A stretch of DNA of 64,000 bases from Entomortierella parvispora E1425 (taxonomy: Eukaryota; Fungi; Mortierellomycota), in the NCBI GenBank assembly GCA_020891255.1, contig BQFW01000014.1:1054001-1118000 (forward strand), written 5' to 3'. Positions within the stretch are counted from its first letter, which is position 1. Each line of letters opens with the position of its first letter. This document shows, in pieces, positions 24,244 through 36,991 of the stretch. The position numbers and the translations under genes are program-made. Below the pieces are notes generated by a model that worked only from the letters and a program-made list of their open reading frames with translations, was not told the DNA's origin and made no database searches.

Positions 24244-25789
24244 CTATGGGTATACTTTACTATTCTCGCGAACAAGGATCGTTACTCCAGCGACGATGCT
24301 GAGGCCACCGATGGCGTTGCCCCATCCGACAGCCTCATGGAAGAGGAACCAATCTACGACAGCCACAACGGGGATAGTAGCCATGATTCCAACTGCTGCA
24401 AAGACTGGGGATGTTTGGGCCACCAGGACCATGAATGATCCATTGTACATCAAACCCAGGGCGGCAATCATCAAAATGGACAGGAACTCGTTCCGGGTTG
24501 GCAGCTCAAACACTTCATGACCGATCCAGTGGAGAAAAGGGATGGGGATCCACAATGCCGTGAAGGTAACAACACCCATGAGACCCGTCAAGGTGTTGGC
24601 GAATGCCACGCCTTCTTTCTTTGGGGAACAATACTTTTTGTAGACCACCTACAGGGAGTAGCAACTTGTTAGGAGAGGAGACGTCCAACCCTTTGTCACT
24701 TCAGGGCTCAATTCACTCTCACATACCTCCTCAAAACCATAAAGGGCAGCGCCGATGAGAGCCAAGGCGTTTCCTGCGAGGGCCAGGCTTCCATCGTTTT
24801 CGGTCCGGCTATCTGGTGCTGGAGACTCGCGAGTCGCCAGGGTGATAACGGCAACTCCCAAAAGGGACAGGGCAACAGCCAGAATCTTTCTGCCAATGAT
24901 TTTGTCTTTTAGTAGAATGACTGAAAAGAGGTAGGCAAAGAAACAGGAGGTATTGTAGATCGCCGTCAACGAGCTCATGGTCGTCATAGAGACGCAGGTA
25001 TACCAGAGGTAAGAGGGAACCATGAAAAGCGTCGTCATGAGCAAGGTGATCCAAAACAGGTGCCGGGCCAAGGCCTTCTTTTCACGTGGTGTAAACGCCG
25101 TAGTGCCATCTGCGAGCAAGGGCTCTGCGGATCCTGATGCAGCAACGGCGTCATTCTTTCGGTGGTAGAGACTGCTGGTGCTTTGTTGGATCAAACCCAC
25201 AAAGTAATCAATTCGATCCTGAAAGGAGTCGAGCCGTGGGGCGTTGGATGCGATTTGAGTGGTGTACAAGAATTGAGCCGGAAGCGCAATGGCCCAGAAA
25301 GAGTGTGAAATGTATAGGATGAAGTATGGCTTTTGGTAGCCCATAGAAGTCTGCACGAACCGGGCCAATTCCTATGCAGGGGAGGACAGGGCAGGGATGA
25401 GAGAGAAGTGAAAGAGTCAGATCATGTCGACTCTAGATATTTGCCACCAAAATAGAAAATAAAAAAAAAAAAAGAAAAAGAACCACAAAGACGCTCATGC
25501 GGTTTTGTGCATTGTTGATGTCTCGTACAGTTTGAAGCACAAAGGAGACGATGCAGATGCACAAGATGGCCATGGCGAGCCTGAAGCGCTTTGCAGCGTC
25601 ATGTCGCCGGCTCTCAAGTTCGGCGGCATGCTCAGAGGCCCGCGAGGAGGCCGGTGGTGAAGTTGGAGATGCAGCGGTGCGGTGACCGGAGGTGCCGCCG
25701 CTGTGGGTAGTGTTGCCCCTGGTGGCACTGTGGTCCCGCTGCTTCCGTGCTCCTGCTTGTCCTGGGGTAGCGCTGGTGGTTCGTGACAT
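24244..25789 (-). CDS. DMT/EamA superfamily (SLC35F-like) membrane transporter
   Basis: About 10 hydrophobic segments; YQKPYFILYISHSFW; LTAIYNTSCFFAYLFSVILLKDKI; GNALALIGAALYGFEEV; SPVFAAVGIMATIPVVAVVD. Confidence 0.85.
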
Positions 25790-26068
25790 TGCAGCGACAG
25801 TGGAATGATGGAGCCTGCAGGATGTTTCGTCTGAGGAGGTGAAGGAAGAGAGAGAGAGGACAATCCAGAAAGATCATTTCCGGTGACGTCTCTTTTCCCT
25901 TGCGAACACGAGACAAAAGGAAAGGTCGCCCTCCTTCTTTCCCTTTCTTCTCTACTCCACATCGAGATCACCCCGTACCCATCACCTCCTCAACGCGCGC
26001 CTTCATCGCATCAACTCACCTGCAACACCACCAGCAACTTAACCAGCCCAGCCCAACCCAACCCAACC

Positions 26069-29000
26069 ATGTCCAACACCATGAACTTTGGTCCCGAGTG
26101 GTAATTGTCATCCTTCTTTGTCATGCCAATGTCCTGATCTAGATCGGCGCGATCAATCGATCCTCTCGAGGCTGACATGCTCCCTTCCAATCTAGGATGA
26201 GACGCTTCCCCGCAAAGCCTGACCTCACCCCCAAGGCCCCTTCGCCTCCACCCGCTTCTCGCCCTCTGCCTGCTCCCGCGCACTCTTATTCCTCAGTCGC
26301 AGCCAACAATGTTCGGTCCCAGAATGGAGGCGATTCTGGCAACCCCGCCTTCGAAAATGACTTTGGCAGCAGCGGATTCATGTACTCCAAAGAAATGATG
26401 ATCTCGCTTTATCGACCATCTCCCATGCCAATCGAATTCGAAAAGTATGACATCATGACCAGCGAGGATTCGTTGCTGCCAATGTCTTCCCAGCCCCTAA
26501 CTGAACAGGAGATCAAGGTAACGCCAACATCTCGTCTTTTCATATTTTTCTTTGTGGAGAAGGAAGGCTATTGTTTTACTCAGGATCGTCCGTCAGTACT
26601 GCAATGATACCAGGCGCGTCTTACGCTCTCATCTCTGAAGGATCGACAGGCACATAAACGCAGACGTACTTGAGAGTTGACACGGCCGTTGCTCACGAAA
26701 CATTCGGATCTACGGATCAATCAGGATTCTAAAACAAAGCGGCTATCTCCACTATAGATCCTTTCTGGAAGCGTAAACAGTGAAATCGCAAGACGCCCTC
26801 CCCAACCAGAAGGGCAGCAAGAACGTACCCCCGGTCAAAGGCGTGAGAGCTTCTCTGGCGAGCATTCTTCAGCGCGTTATGATCGATCAGACAAATCCTC
26901 TGGTGGCGCACGCAGCCATGAAGCCAGGAGCCATGGAGCAAGGACAAGACCTTCCAGTGAGTTTTTCAACCTGTCAGCGCAATTCGCATCGATCATGATT
27001 CAGGGACAATTGACTCGTGAACAGGAATCATACCATGTTGTATTTCACAATGGCTGATCAGATCTGCAATCCCTTTTCAACGATGCTCGATAGACTTGAC
27101 AACTGAGGGTCGCAGTCACTCTTTTCGGCGGTCAGAGCCAGTCGAACGCGAGCGTGAACGTGAGCAGCCTGAGGACGAAACCCTCTGGAATTCCCCTGTA
27201 GGAAACTCGGTTGGATCGTTCGACGCCAATGGCGTTTTCCGCATCACCAATGAGGGAGCGGATCTTCAACCTCTATCGGAGCTCGAGGAGTCTGTCCCTG
27301 AATCAACAGAAGCTACCTGGGACGATTCTTTGACCGACAAGGATACCGTTCAGCATGTAGGCGAGACAAGCGCGGGAGTCAGCTTGCAGGATCAGGATCG
27401 TCAAAGCACTGCAGGGGAAACAATGTCCTCGCCTGACCAATTACGTCGGGAAGCGGAGTTAACTGGCGACAATTTTCACTACTCAGGCCAGCACATGGGC
27501 GCCACTCCTGCCATGGAATCCTCCAGGTTCTCATTTGCCAGCGAGCAATTGTCAGACCCTGAGCCATCTTTCGCCCAAGCTCCTGTCGAGGCTAGCAAGT
27601 GGTTATATCGCGATCCCAGCGGCAGTATCCAAGGTCCTTTCTCGTCGGACGAGATGCACGAATGGTACAAGGGGGGATTCTTTTCTCCTGATCTCATGGT
27701 CAAACGTGAGCAGGATCCAAACTTTGAGCAGCTGGGCTCTATGATCCATAGGATTGGATCGGATGACAAGCCATTCCTGTTGGCTGGAATTGTCCGTGCG
27801 GAGCCACCGCAAGCCCCAAGCTCACTCCTTCGTCAGGGGATTCCCTCCCTGGCGGCAGGCCGACAGCCTGTGTCGCAAGGACTTGGGTCCTCCTGGGCTG
27901 CAGGTCTGAGTGCCCCTTCGACACCAAGCACCCCCAGCTTTGGTGGTGACCGCCTCTTTTCTCAACAACGCCCTCTGCAGCAGCACGCTTCTGGCGATTT
28001 GTTCAGCAGCACCAATGTCGGACAGCAAAGACCTAACCAGGATGCTGGATTTGAATCCAACTGGGGCGCAAACCAGTTTGGCCGCGCTGCAGAGGTTTCC
28101 TCTGGTTGGGGTGGCGATGCCTTCTCTCGCTCCCCCATGACCAGCATGTCTGCCGCGCACACTCCTCTTGGCGGACCCCAATTCATGGACCATCAGCGCC
28201 TTCATGCTCAGGAGCTGGAGAGGCAGCAATACATGCAATTGCTGCAGCGTCAAAGTCAGATGCAGGCCATCTTGCACCAGCAGCAATTCATGGCAGCCCA
28301 GCAGCAGTTTGGAAATGATCCCCATGCTCTTGCTGCTCTTCTTGCTCAACAGCAGGCCCAGCAGCGCCAAATCCAGATGAGGTACCAACAATTGCAGTTT
28401 GCGGCACTCCATAACCAAGGTCCTTCTACCCCTGGTGGAACTGCCATGCCTTGGGGAGGGTTGGGTCAGCCTACCAGTCCTTGGACGACATCTATTATCC
28501 CTGGAGCCTCGGACAACTATTTTGACTTTGGCAAGGGTGACAACCAGGCGGCCCCTCATACTATGCAGCAGCAACAGTACATGCAGATGGCCCAGCACCA
28601 GCAACCTACTCCCCAGCAGCAGCATCAACATATTCAACAGCAGCACCACCACCAGCAAGATGTCGCCTCCCACAAAGAATCCCGCTCTGAGGATTCGCTC
28701 CATGGTGCTCAGCAGCAAAACACACACGATGTCACCCAACAGATGGAGACTCTCCACATGAATGATCCCGTCGAAGACTCGACTTCTGATAAGCACGTGG
28801 AGCCTTCTCATGAGAAGATGGTCGCACTTGAAGAAGCCGCTGAAGCTGCCCATATTAACAACAAGGAACAGGCTGAGGAGGACAAGACTGAGCAAGTTGT
28901 CCCTGAGGAGCAACAACATGATGCTGGAATCGAGGAGAACGTCCAGGACGTCCCTACCCAGGAAGAAGAAGAGGAGGTTGAGCAGCAAGTGCAGGAGGAA

Positions 29001-30261
29001 GAGGAAGAGGAAGAGGCTTCCCGCACAGGCGAGCAGGAAGATCAGGAGTCTGTCGAGGAGAATGTATCCGAGACTGCCTCTACCAAGGCACCCGAATCTC
29101 GTTCCTCCATCAAGGCCAGCCCTGCCCCTTGGGCTAAGCCAGTGAGCGCTGAAGAAGATGCCCAGGAGCGTCGTGGACCTACCCTCCGCGAGATTCAGGA
29201 GATGGAGGCCAAGAAGGCTGAGGAGGCCAAGGCTGAGCGTATGGCTCAGATGGCGGCTGCTGCTGCCTCTGGCAGTGTTTTGGACTTTGCCAAGGGCCTT
29301 CCCGGTGCACCTGCATGGAGCAGCTCTGCTGCGGCCGTGCCCAAGAAGAAGACTCTCAAGGAGATTCAGCAAGAGGAAGAGGCCGCCTTGAAGCGTGCTC
29401 GCGCTGCTGCCCGTCAAACCAGCGCTGCCCAGGCACCTTTGAGCGGAACTAGCACTGGCTTGGCTGCCATTGTGGCTACCCCCTCTAGCTCTGCTGGCAA
29501 GCGCTATGCTGACACTATTGGACCAAAGGTGAGGGCAGTCAACCATGTTAGTGATATGAAATGTCATGGGACGTGTCCTAACTCTTTTTTTTTTTTTTTT
29601 TTTTTTTTTTTCTGTAAAATTATAGCCTGCCGCTTCTGTTCCTACCGGACCTTGGGGTTCTACAGGCTCCATCTCTGCTGCAGCCTCCAGACCTGCAGCT
29701 GTCTCTCGCAGCTCCTCCGTCTTTGCTTCCAACCCTGCTCTCAGCAGCGGTGCTTCTGTTTCTCGCAGCTCCGATAATGGCTGGACCGAGGTCGAGTCCA
29801 AGCGCAGCGGACAGCCCTCTGCAGCTCCTGTCATGATCCCATCTGCGCCTGCTGTTGCTCGCCCTGTCCACAAGCCTGCCACTCCAACCAACTCGAACGA
29901 TCCTCGTCCTCCTTCGGAGGATTTCATGCGCTGGTGTCGCCAGGCTCTCAAGGGATTGCAGGGCGTTGTCTTGGAAGACTTTATCCAGATGCTTTTGACC
30001 TTCCCCTTGAACCCTGATCCCATGACCGTGGAGATTATCCAGGATTCCATTTATGCCAACTCGCAGTCTTTGGATGGAAGACGCTTTGCAGATGAATTCA
30101 TTAAGCGTCGCAAGGCGGATGCCTATCCCCACGGTAGCGCTCCTTCCTCATCCTCGTCCGCCACAGCTTCTTCGGCTGCTGGTGCCGGGGGATCTTCCCC
30201 TGGTATGGACTTTTCGTTCAAGGTCGTGTCCAAGAAGGGAAAGAAGAAGGGCACTGCTTAA
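26069..30261 (+). CDS. GYF-domain protein (Smy2/Syh1/GIGYF-like translational repressor adaptor)
   Basis: MSNTMNFGPEW start; YSKEMMISLY 4E-binding-like motif; GYF domain WLYRDPSGSIQGPFSSDEMHEWYKGGFF; TLREIQEME repeats; FMRWCRQAL...FADEFIKRR. Confidence 0.92.
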
Positions 30262-30454
30262 TTGTGATGACCACCCTACGAAAACATTTGCAAGAGACGA
30301 CGCATCCCTGTCGTTCTTGCAGACACTCTTATCCCGAAAGAGTTGATGAACACAAGCTCCAATAAATAAAGAATATGCCCCTCTACCACCACAATTTTGC
30401 TCCGCAATTACTTTCTATTTGGATCTATTATAGTTCTTGTTGCGATACTATCTC

Positions 30455-32051
30455 TCACCCTGTCAGCTTCTCAGCTCCGTCGGCAGTGATCAAGATCTAG
30501 ATAATTCAAGATGGTATGAGATGTAACGCTCTAGGACTCTTGTACCTGCTGTCATGTGGACAGTTCAATTTTCTTACCGTATGCTCAAACTGAGCGCTGC
30601 GGCCACCGTCTGCGGTTGTCACGGTCCATTTATCCGGCCATTGCACACCAACAGCTGTGCCTTGGCAAAACATGGGTTCGATCGTGAAGATCATACCCTC
30701 TTCCATTGTTCCGTCCTCATCATTGTCTAATCAATGAAAGAAAATAAAAGGAAAGAAAGAGGTTTGTTAAGCCTCCAGGTATTTCACGAGGAAATGAAAA
30801 TACGGTATCCATAGAGACACTGAAAGATGGAGGGAATGTCGTTGTTACTGACCATGGTGATAGATCAATGGCAGGCAATGGAATTCCTTGCCGATACCGT
30901 GTCCAGAGAACTGTTCCGAGACTGAGTAACCGTACTTATCCGCCAGAGCCTGGATCGTCTTTCCAATGTTGTTCAATGGCACTCCGGGAGCACAGATTGC
31001 GATCGCTTGATCCAATGCTTCTTTTGTTCTCTCGACCAAAGCCACACCAGCTTCGTCGACGTTTCCTACCAAAAACGTGGCCGAGGTGTCACCATGGAAT
31101 CCGTCCAAGAAAACCTAAGTGGGCCATCATTGTTTGGTATTTAGGAACATTGTCTCTCTTGTAATAAAATATAAAGGGAAGGACAAACGAGTTTCTTCTC
31201 GGACTTACAGTAATATCAATGTTGATAATGTCACCATCCTCGAGGCGTCGACTTTTTGAGAAGAGATAGATATGCGCGGAGCAAATTCAATGGGGAAGAG
31301 TCCATCAGTAAACTCGCTCAGGGTCCAAGATCGAGTCAATCATTTAAACGTGTTCCACTTACCTGTCTGGGATTCCATGAGCAATGACGTTGGAGACAGA
31401 AGTGCAGACAGATTTTGGAAATCCCATGTAGTTCAAAGGAGAAGGGTAGGCACCATTGGCAATGATCGCCTCGTGCAAAACGCGATCGATTTCGTCCGTG
31501 CTCACTCCAGCCTGTTGGGGGGGGGGGGGGGAAATGAAAAAAAATCTGATCAGAAAAAAAAAAGAATTGATCTTATTTTGTTGGATCTTTTGGTCATCGT
31601 TCCAGCGCTTGGTTTTCCTTGTTACCTTGACCAGTGTTCCTCCAAGCTCCAGAATCTTTTTCGCCAATTGACCTGCTTTCCGAGCCTTTTGGATCGTCTC
31701 TGGAGTGTTGATCGGGATGCCAGAAGCCCATTCGGAGGGTTCTCCTCGAGCTGCATAGCTGGGTCTCAGGATATGAGGGGGCACCAGACTATCGACATCT
31801 GGAGGAGTCACACCCAGTTTCAGGGACATGGGCGCCAGTCGTGAATAGTCTCCAAAGTGTAGCCGATGGAGAATCCCTCCTCCATGAGCATTCTTGGGTT
31901 TGCGTGGTTGAAGACTCGGGCATGAGGAGTGAATCCAGCGGGATCGAGATTGTAATGAGACTGCCACTTGTCGATGAGCGAGGCTGGAGAAGAAGGAGCC
32001 GGTCCTGGGCTTAGCGACTGTCCGCAAGATCTGTCCAAGGGGTGATGCCAT
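30455..32051 (-). CDS. Methionine aminopeptidase type 1, mitochondrial (METAP1D-like)
   Basis: Arg/Ser-rich presequence; YPSPLNYMGFPKSVCTSVSNVIAHGIPD; DGFHGDTSATF; FSGHGIG; FTIEPM; SAQFEHT. Confidence 0.92.
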
Positions 32052-32346
32052 GCTGTCGAGGGGTCTGAAAGGAGAATGACGAAAAGAAATGAGGTCGACG
32101 CGACTTGTTGCAAGTTTGTTCCTTTGTCCCCCTCTGATCGGATCATCTTGCACACGTGACGGATCAGCTTTTTCGCTGTGGTCAGTGCGCAAAAGGTATC
32201 TCTTCTTCAGGTCCCATTTGACTCTGCGAGCCAGGTGCATCTGCAAGATATTTTTCATGTCAAGTTTTTTTTATTCATGCTGGCATGCTTGATGGGCGGG
32301 ACTGATGAATCCTGAAAGAATATGGACAAAAGAGATGCTCCCAGAT

Positions 32347-33522
32347 TTACTCGGACTTCTTGGCCTTGGCGGGGCCAAGGTAACGCTTGCGCTGGCCCAT
32401 CATGTGGGTGTACATGACAAAGAAGCCTACGCAAAGCAGCGTAAGGAAGGGGAGTAAAAAAAGTAAGAACGCCGATTAGCTATCAATTGGTACTGACAAG
32501 AAGCATTATGAAGGAAAAAACAGCAATAAAATCAATTCTTACCAGGGGGGTAAATGCAGAGCATAGCGCACAAGAAGTAGTAGTATGCGGGGTGGACGGT
32601 GTGAGCGAAGGGAAGAGACTGGTAGATCTCAATGGCCTCGCTTCCGGCACCGACGGGGTACAAGATGTAGAAGAAGGTGTAACTAGTTGGGGTAGGCGAC
32701 GGAGGGTTAGCGGTCCGCAAGTCCATTGGGTTCGCGTCACCTGTGGAGAAAACTCTTTCTCAGCCAGGTAATTGCCGATTGCAAATCCGATATCCTCAAA
32801 TCAACAATTTTTTTTTGCCCTCCTCTTTTCTTCCTCGGTCCGTCCCTATGATGAAAAAAACTTACCGGCACCAGATCAACCAGGAGGGGCCGAGGTTGAC
32901 AAGGTTAAGGGCGTAGTAGGCGTAACGGATGCACTCAGTGACGCACCAGGCGATGGTCATGGTGGTGAAAGCCCAGTAGTGGCGAACCTTTTTTTTTTTT
33001 TTTGGGAGGTGATAGGGAACGGTTAGATTTAAAAGATACGCCACCATTCACTATTGGATTGTTTTCTTGGTGCAGATCCTTTACCTCAGGGACAGGGAAG
33101 AGAGTGCAAACACCCCAGACAAGGAGAAGACGGGAGGCAACCTGCATGGCGGTGGTGCCGACGGGGGACTTGACCAAGCCAAAGAGGGAATGCAAGATCT
33201 CGAGACAAGCAGCGGTCTGGACCCAGACGAGCTGATCGCCAACAACAGCATAGACCTTGGTGTAGTCGTTTCCAGTAGCAAGAAGGGTTCTGACAGTCTG
33301 GACGAGCACGTAAGACCACGCGGCGAAGGAAGCCCAGTTGTAGGCGATCAGGTACGAGTTGACGATGGGGTTGACGGGCTTGGGAGCACGCTTTCCAGAG
33401 GCTAGATGGATTTAGGAAGACGATGGTTAATACATGATGGATGGATGGAGACGACGTCGGACCTAAAACACGAGATTCATACAGGCAGCGGGAGCACGCT
33501 GGGCTTGAGTGGAGGATGCCAT
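32347..33522 (-). CDS. PHS1: Very-long-chain 3-hydroxyacyl-CoA dehydratase (PTPLA family)
   Basis: VQTAACLEILHSLFGLVKSPVGTTAMQVASR; AWCVTECIRYAYY; RYTFFYILYPVGAGSE; C-terminal KKSE ER-retrieval signal. Confidence 0.95.
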
Positions 33523-33782
33523 GGCTGTGATGGATGGAGAGGGACAAGGAGAGAAGAACGAGAGAGTGTCTGCATCAAGCGCAGGGTATGGGTGGTGGAA
33601 GGTGGAAGAAAGTCCCCCAACGAAAAAAAAGGGAAGAGGTCACATGATCTAGAGAGGTCCTCCTGCTCCTCGAGGAACCAGGGGCAGGGTGCCTGGAGTC
33701 TGGAGGTGGATGAGCACGATGAGCACGACAGACAGACAGACAGGTAAGCGCATACACCCACCCACCCACACACACACACACA

Positions 33783-33860
33783 CCAGCCAACCAGTCAACC
33801 AGCCAACCAGTCAACCAGTCAACCAGTCAGCCAGCCAACCAGCCAGCCAACCAGCCAGCC
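33783..33860 (+). repeat. (CCAG/CCAA/TCAA)n compound repeat, flanked by (AC)n and (GA)n tracts, in the PHS1/PDK divergent promoter
   Basis: Read directly from the sequence. Confidence 0.85.
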
Positions 33861-34379
33861 AGGGCCCCTCCTCCAGTGACAGAAGTGACAGGGGGCAGCA
33901 AGCAGAGCACAAGGGTCAGGGACCACACGCACGCACGCACGCACGCCACCCTCTCGGTGCACCAGTGCATTTTATTATTTTATACGCTACTGCTGCAGTT
34001 GAATGAATCGAGGGTGGGAAATGACACGAGAGAGAAAGAGAGAAAGAGAGAGAGAACGAAAGAGTCAAGGTTCCCTGCTCTCTTTATGTACTTTACCCCT
34101 CTTTCCTCTTCTTTCCCCTCTGCTTTTGTTGCTTCCCCACCTTCTCTTCTTTCTCTCATTCTCTCATTCTCTCCATCCCTTTTGTTCTCTCTTTCCTTCC
34201 CCATCTCTGCCCTGCCTCTCATCCCCTTCCTGTCCGAGATCTAGTCCCCGTTCGACCACTCCCGACCGTCCGACTCTGCTCTCCCGACCACTCCCCACTC
34301 TTTCCCCTTTTGCTCCCCTCCTTCCTCCCTCCTCCCTCCTTCCTCTCCTTCCTCCTTCCTCCTTCCTCGGTCCGCAACC

Positions 34380-36406
34380 ATGTACAGGATTACTCCCCAG
34401 CTGTCCGAGAAGATCAAGCACTTTGCCACATTTCCCCAGACGGGCGTGTCCCTCCGCCAGATGGTCATGTTTGGTAAGACCGCCACAGCCATCAAGGCGA
34501 TCCCATCCTTAATCCTGCCCACGGACACACCCCCAAGGACGCGCGTCAAAGTTTCCATTCTGACCCTCAAAACTAACACAAGACCTCTCTCATTCATTCG
34601 CATGTTCCTCTACCTTTGTTCTCCATTGTCCTTCCTTCAGGCCAAAACCCAACACAGGGTACGCTGTTCAAGGCCAGTCAGTTCTTGTCCGAGGAGCTGC
34701 CTATCCGCCTGGCCCACAGAGTCAAAGAGTTGGAAGAGTTGCCACATAACCTCAGTGACATGCCTTCGATCATCAGAGTCAAGAACTGGTATGCCCAGTC
34801 CTTCCAGGTAGAGCGATTGACTCCTTCAGAGTCACCCTTGTTCCCCGTTGATCCGAGCTGCAGGAAATATCCCGTTCTTAACCTCAATATCATTCCCAAT
34901 GCATAGGATCTGGTCGAATTCCCTAACCAAGAGATGACACCAAGGCTCAAGGAGATGGCCAAGAGCATGAGCAAGCAATCCGAGATGCAAGCCCTTCCCG
35001 AGAACTCGCCTAACCTGGCCATGCCCAATGGTACCAACCAGAACGGTCGCAAGGGTGTCTCATTATCTCACAGGTACAGGTCAATGTAGTGATGACCAGG
35101 GGGGAAAGTAACGGGATCTGACCCATTCAATTTCTTCCTTCTGTTCTGTAGGTATCATAGCGCTATGGATGGAGCAGACTGGCCGGCCGAGATGCATTCT
35201 TACAATGAAAAGTTCACAAAGATGATTGAGGCAGTCAAGCGCAGACACGACCCCGTTGTCACTACCGTCGGTAAGTCGTCTGAGCCGGCTGTCATTGGCG
35301 CCCACATTTGTTCTGAGCCAGCGGTCTTTGATTTGCTAGGCCGTGACAGCGAATTCCTTCCCGACTAACCGAAAGCCCCGATCATCAAACAACAGCTCAA
35401 GGAATTCTCGAGTTCAAGCAGTCAAAGCGGTCGCATATTGTTGATACAGACGTGCAGGCGTTCCTGGATCGGTTCTACATGTCGCGTATCGGGATCCGTA
35501 TGCTCATTGGTAATGTCAAAGGGTCTCTATCCGTCTTTTTTTACGTTTTGATCCGGTCCGCTGACATCGATCTTCGAATAATTCCCAACAAAAAAAACAG
35601 GTCAACATATCGCTTTAAACAAAGGACCGTCGCGCAAAGATTACGTGGGAATTATTTGCACAAGGACCAACTTGGCAGACATGGCACAGGAGGCGATTGA
35701 TAACGCAAAGTTTATCTGCGAGGATTATTACGGACTTTTCCGTGGCCCCGAGGTCCATTTGCACTGCAATAAGGATCTTGAATTCATGTACGTACCTTCG
35801 CACTTGAGCCACATGCTCTTTGAGCTGCTAAAGAACTCTCTTCGCGCTGTCGTGGAGCAATACGGAACGGAGTGCGATGAATACCCGCCAATCAAGCTGA
35901 TTGTTGCACAAGGAAAAGAGGTTAGTACAATCACATCTGATGACAAAAAAGATGTCCTTCCCAACGCGCCTGGGTCGATTTGAAACTAACGACTTTAATT
36001 GTCTTTGTGCTTGATCTAGGACATTGCCATTAAAATCTCGGATGAGGGTGGCGGAATCCCCCGCAGTGGCGTCCCATTAGTCTGGACCTACATGTATACG
36101 ACGGCGCCTTCACAGCATCTGGACCCTACCTTTGATAAGTCAGACTTTAAGGCACCAATGGCAGGATTCGGCTATGGTCTGCCCATTAGCAGACTCTATG
36201 CTAGATACTTCGGAGGCGACCTCAAATTGATATCGATGGAGGGGTAAGAGCCACATGCTGGAATAGAGAACGAACAGGTCTACTTTTAAATGCCAAAAAG
36301 ACTCTAGAGCTAACACTTCTTTGACTCTGTTTACTTTCTTAGCTACGGTACGGATGTCTACCTCCACCTCAACAGAATTTCCAACAGCGATGAGCCTTTG
36401 CCTTAG
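34380..36406 (+). CDS. Pyruvate dehydrogenase kinase (GHKL family)
   Basis: [21 protein letters not shown]; [17 protein letters not shown]; [14 protein letters not shown]; ISDEGGGIP; [22 protein letters not shown]. Confidence 0.96.
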
Positions 36407-36991
36407 AAGATACTACGTTGGCTCCCAGTGGCTGATCATCTGACATTTCAGCTGACAATAAAAGGGGAGCTTCAGGTTCATTGCGAAACTTGTTCGAATA
36501 GGAAAACTATGCACAATGAGAGCTAGGGAGGGAGATAGAGGAGACCCTGTGAAAATGAGCGTGAAATAATACCGGTATCCTGTTTTACAAGGATTGGGGG
36601 AAGGTCCACTGAATGATGGGGAAGTCTATATAGGTTGTGGCCGTGATGATTAACGGGAAAACTGGTTCGCTAAAACTCTCCAGGATGGAAGCCAATGCTC
36701 GTGCAAGATAGTCTGGAAGGAAGGACTGGTGAAGGACTGGGCGCAGACGGGACACCCCACTGTCACAGTCAGCAAAAACAAAACAAATTAAAAAAACATC
36801 CAAACTGCGACTCGGTGAGCACGCGTTTCCTTCCAGAAATGCATGCAGTCCTCTCGATGCATCTGAAAAAAACAACAAAAAAAAAGGGGGTAAAATCCGT
36901 TGTGTTGCATCGCTTTCTTTTTGAATTTTTTTCCCATCCTTCTTCCCTTCCTCCCATCATCACCCGTCCGCTTCCCACTCCATTGATATCC

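Noticed and set aside
25790-26060. TPP riboswitch near the SLC35F/THI74-like transporter
   Set aside because: No TPP aptamer core (CTGAGA ... ATACC ... GATAA) seen upstream or in the introns.
27822-30050. 742-aa antisense ORF
   Set aside because: It mirrors the GYF gene. The strong C-ending codon bias suppresses stops on the opposite strand, and there are no recognisable motifs.
32052-32258. 69-aa in-frame extension upstream of the MetAP start
   Set aside because: The downstream ATG at 32051 already starts a good presequence. The extension looks like promoter sequence.
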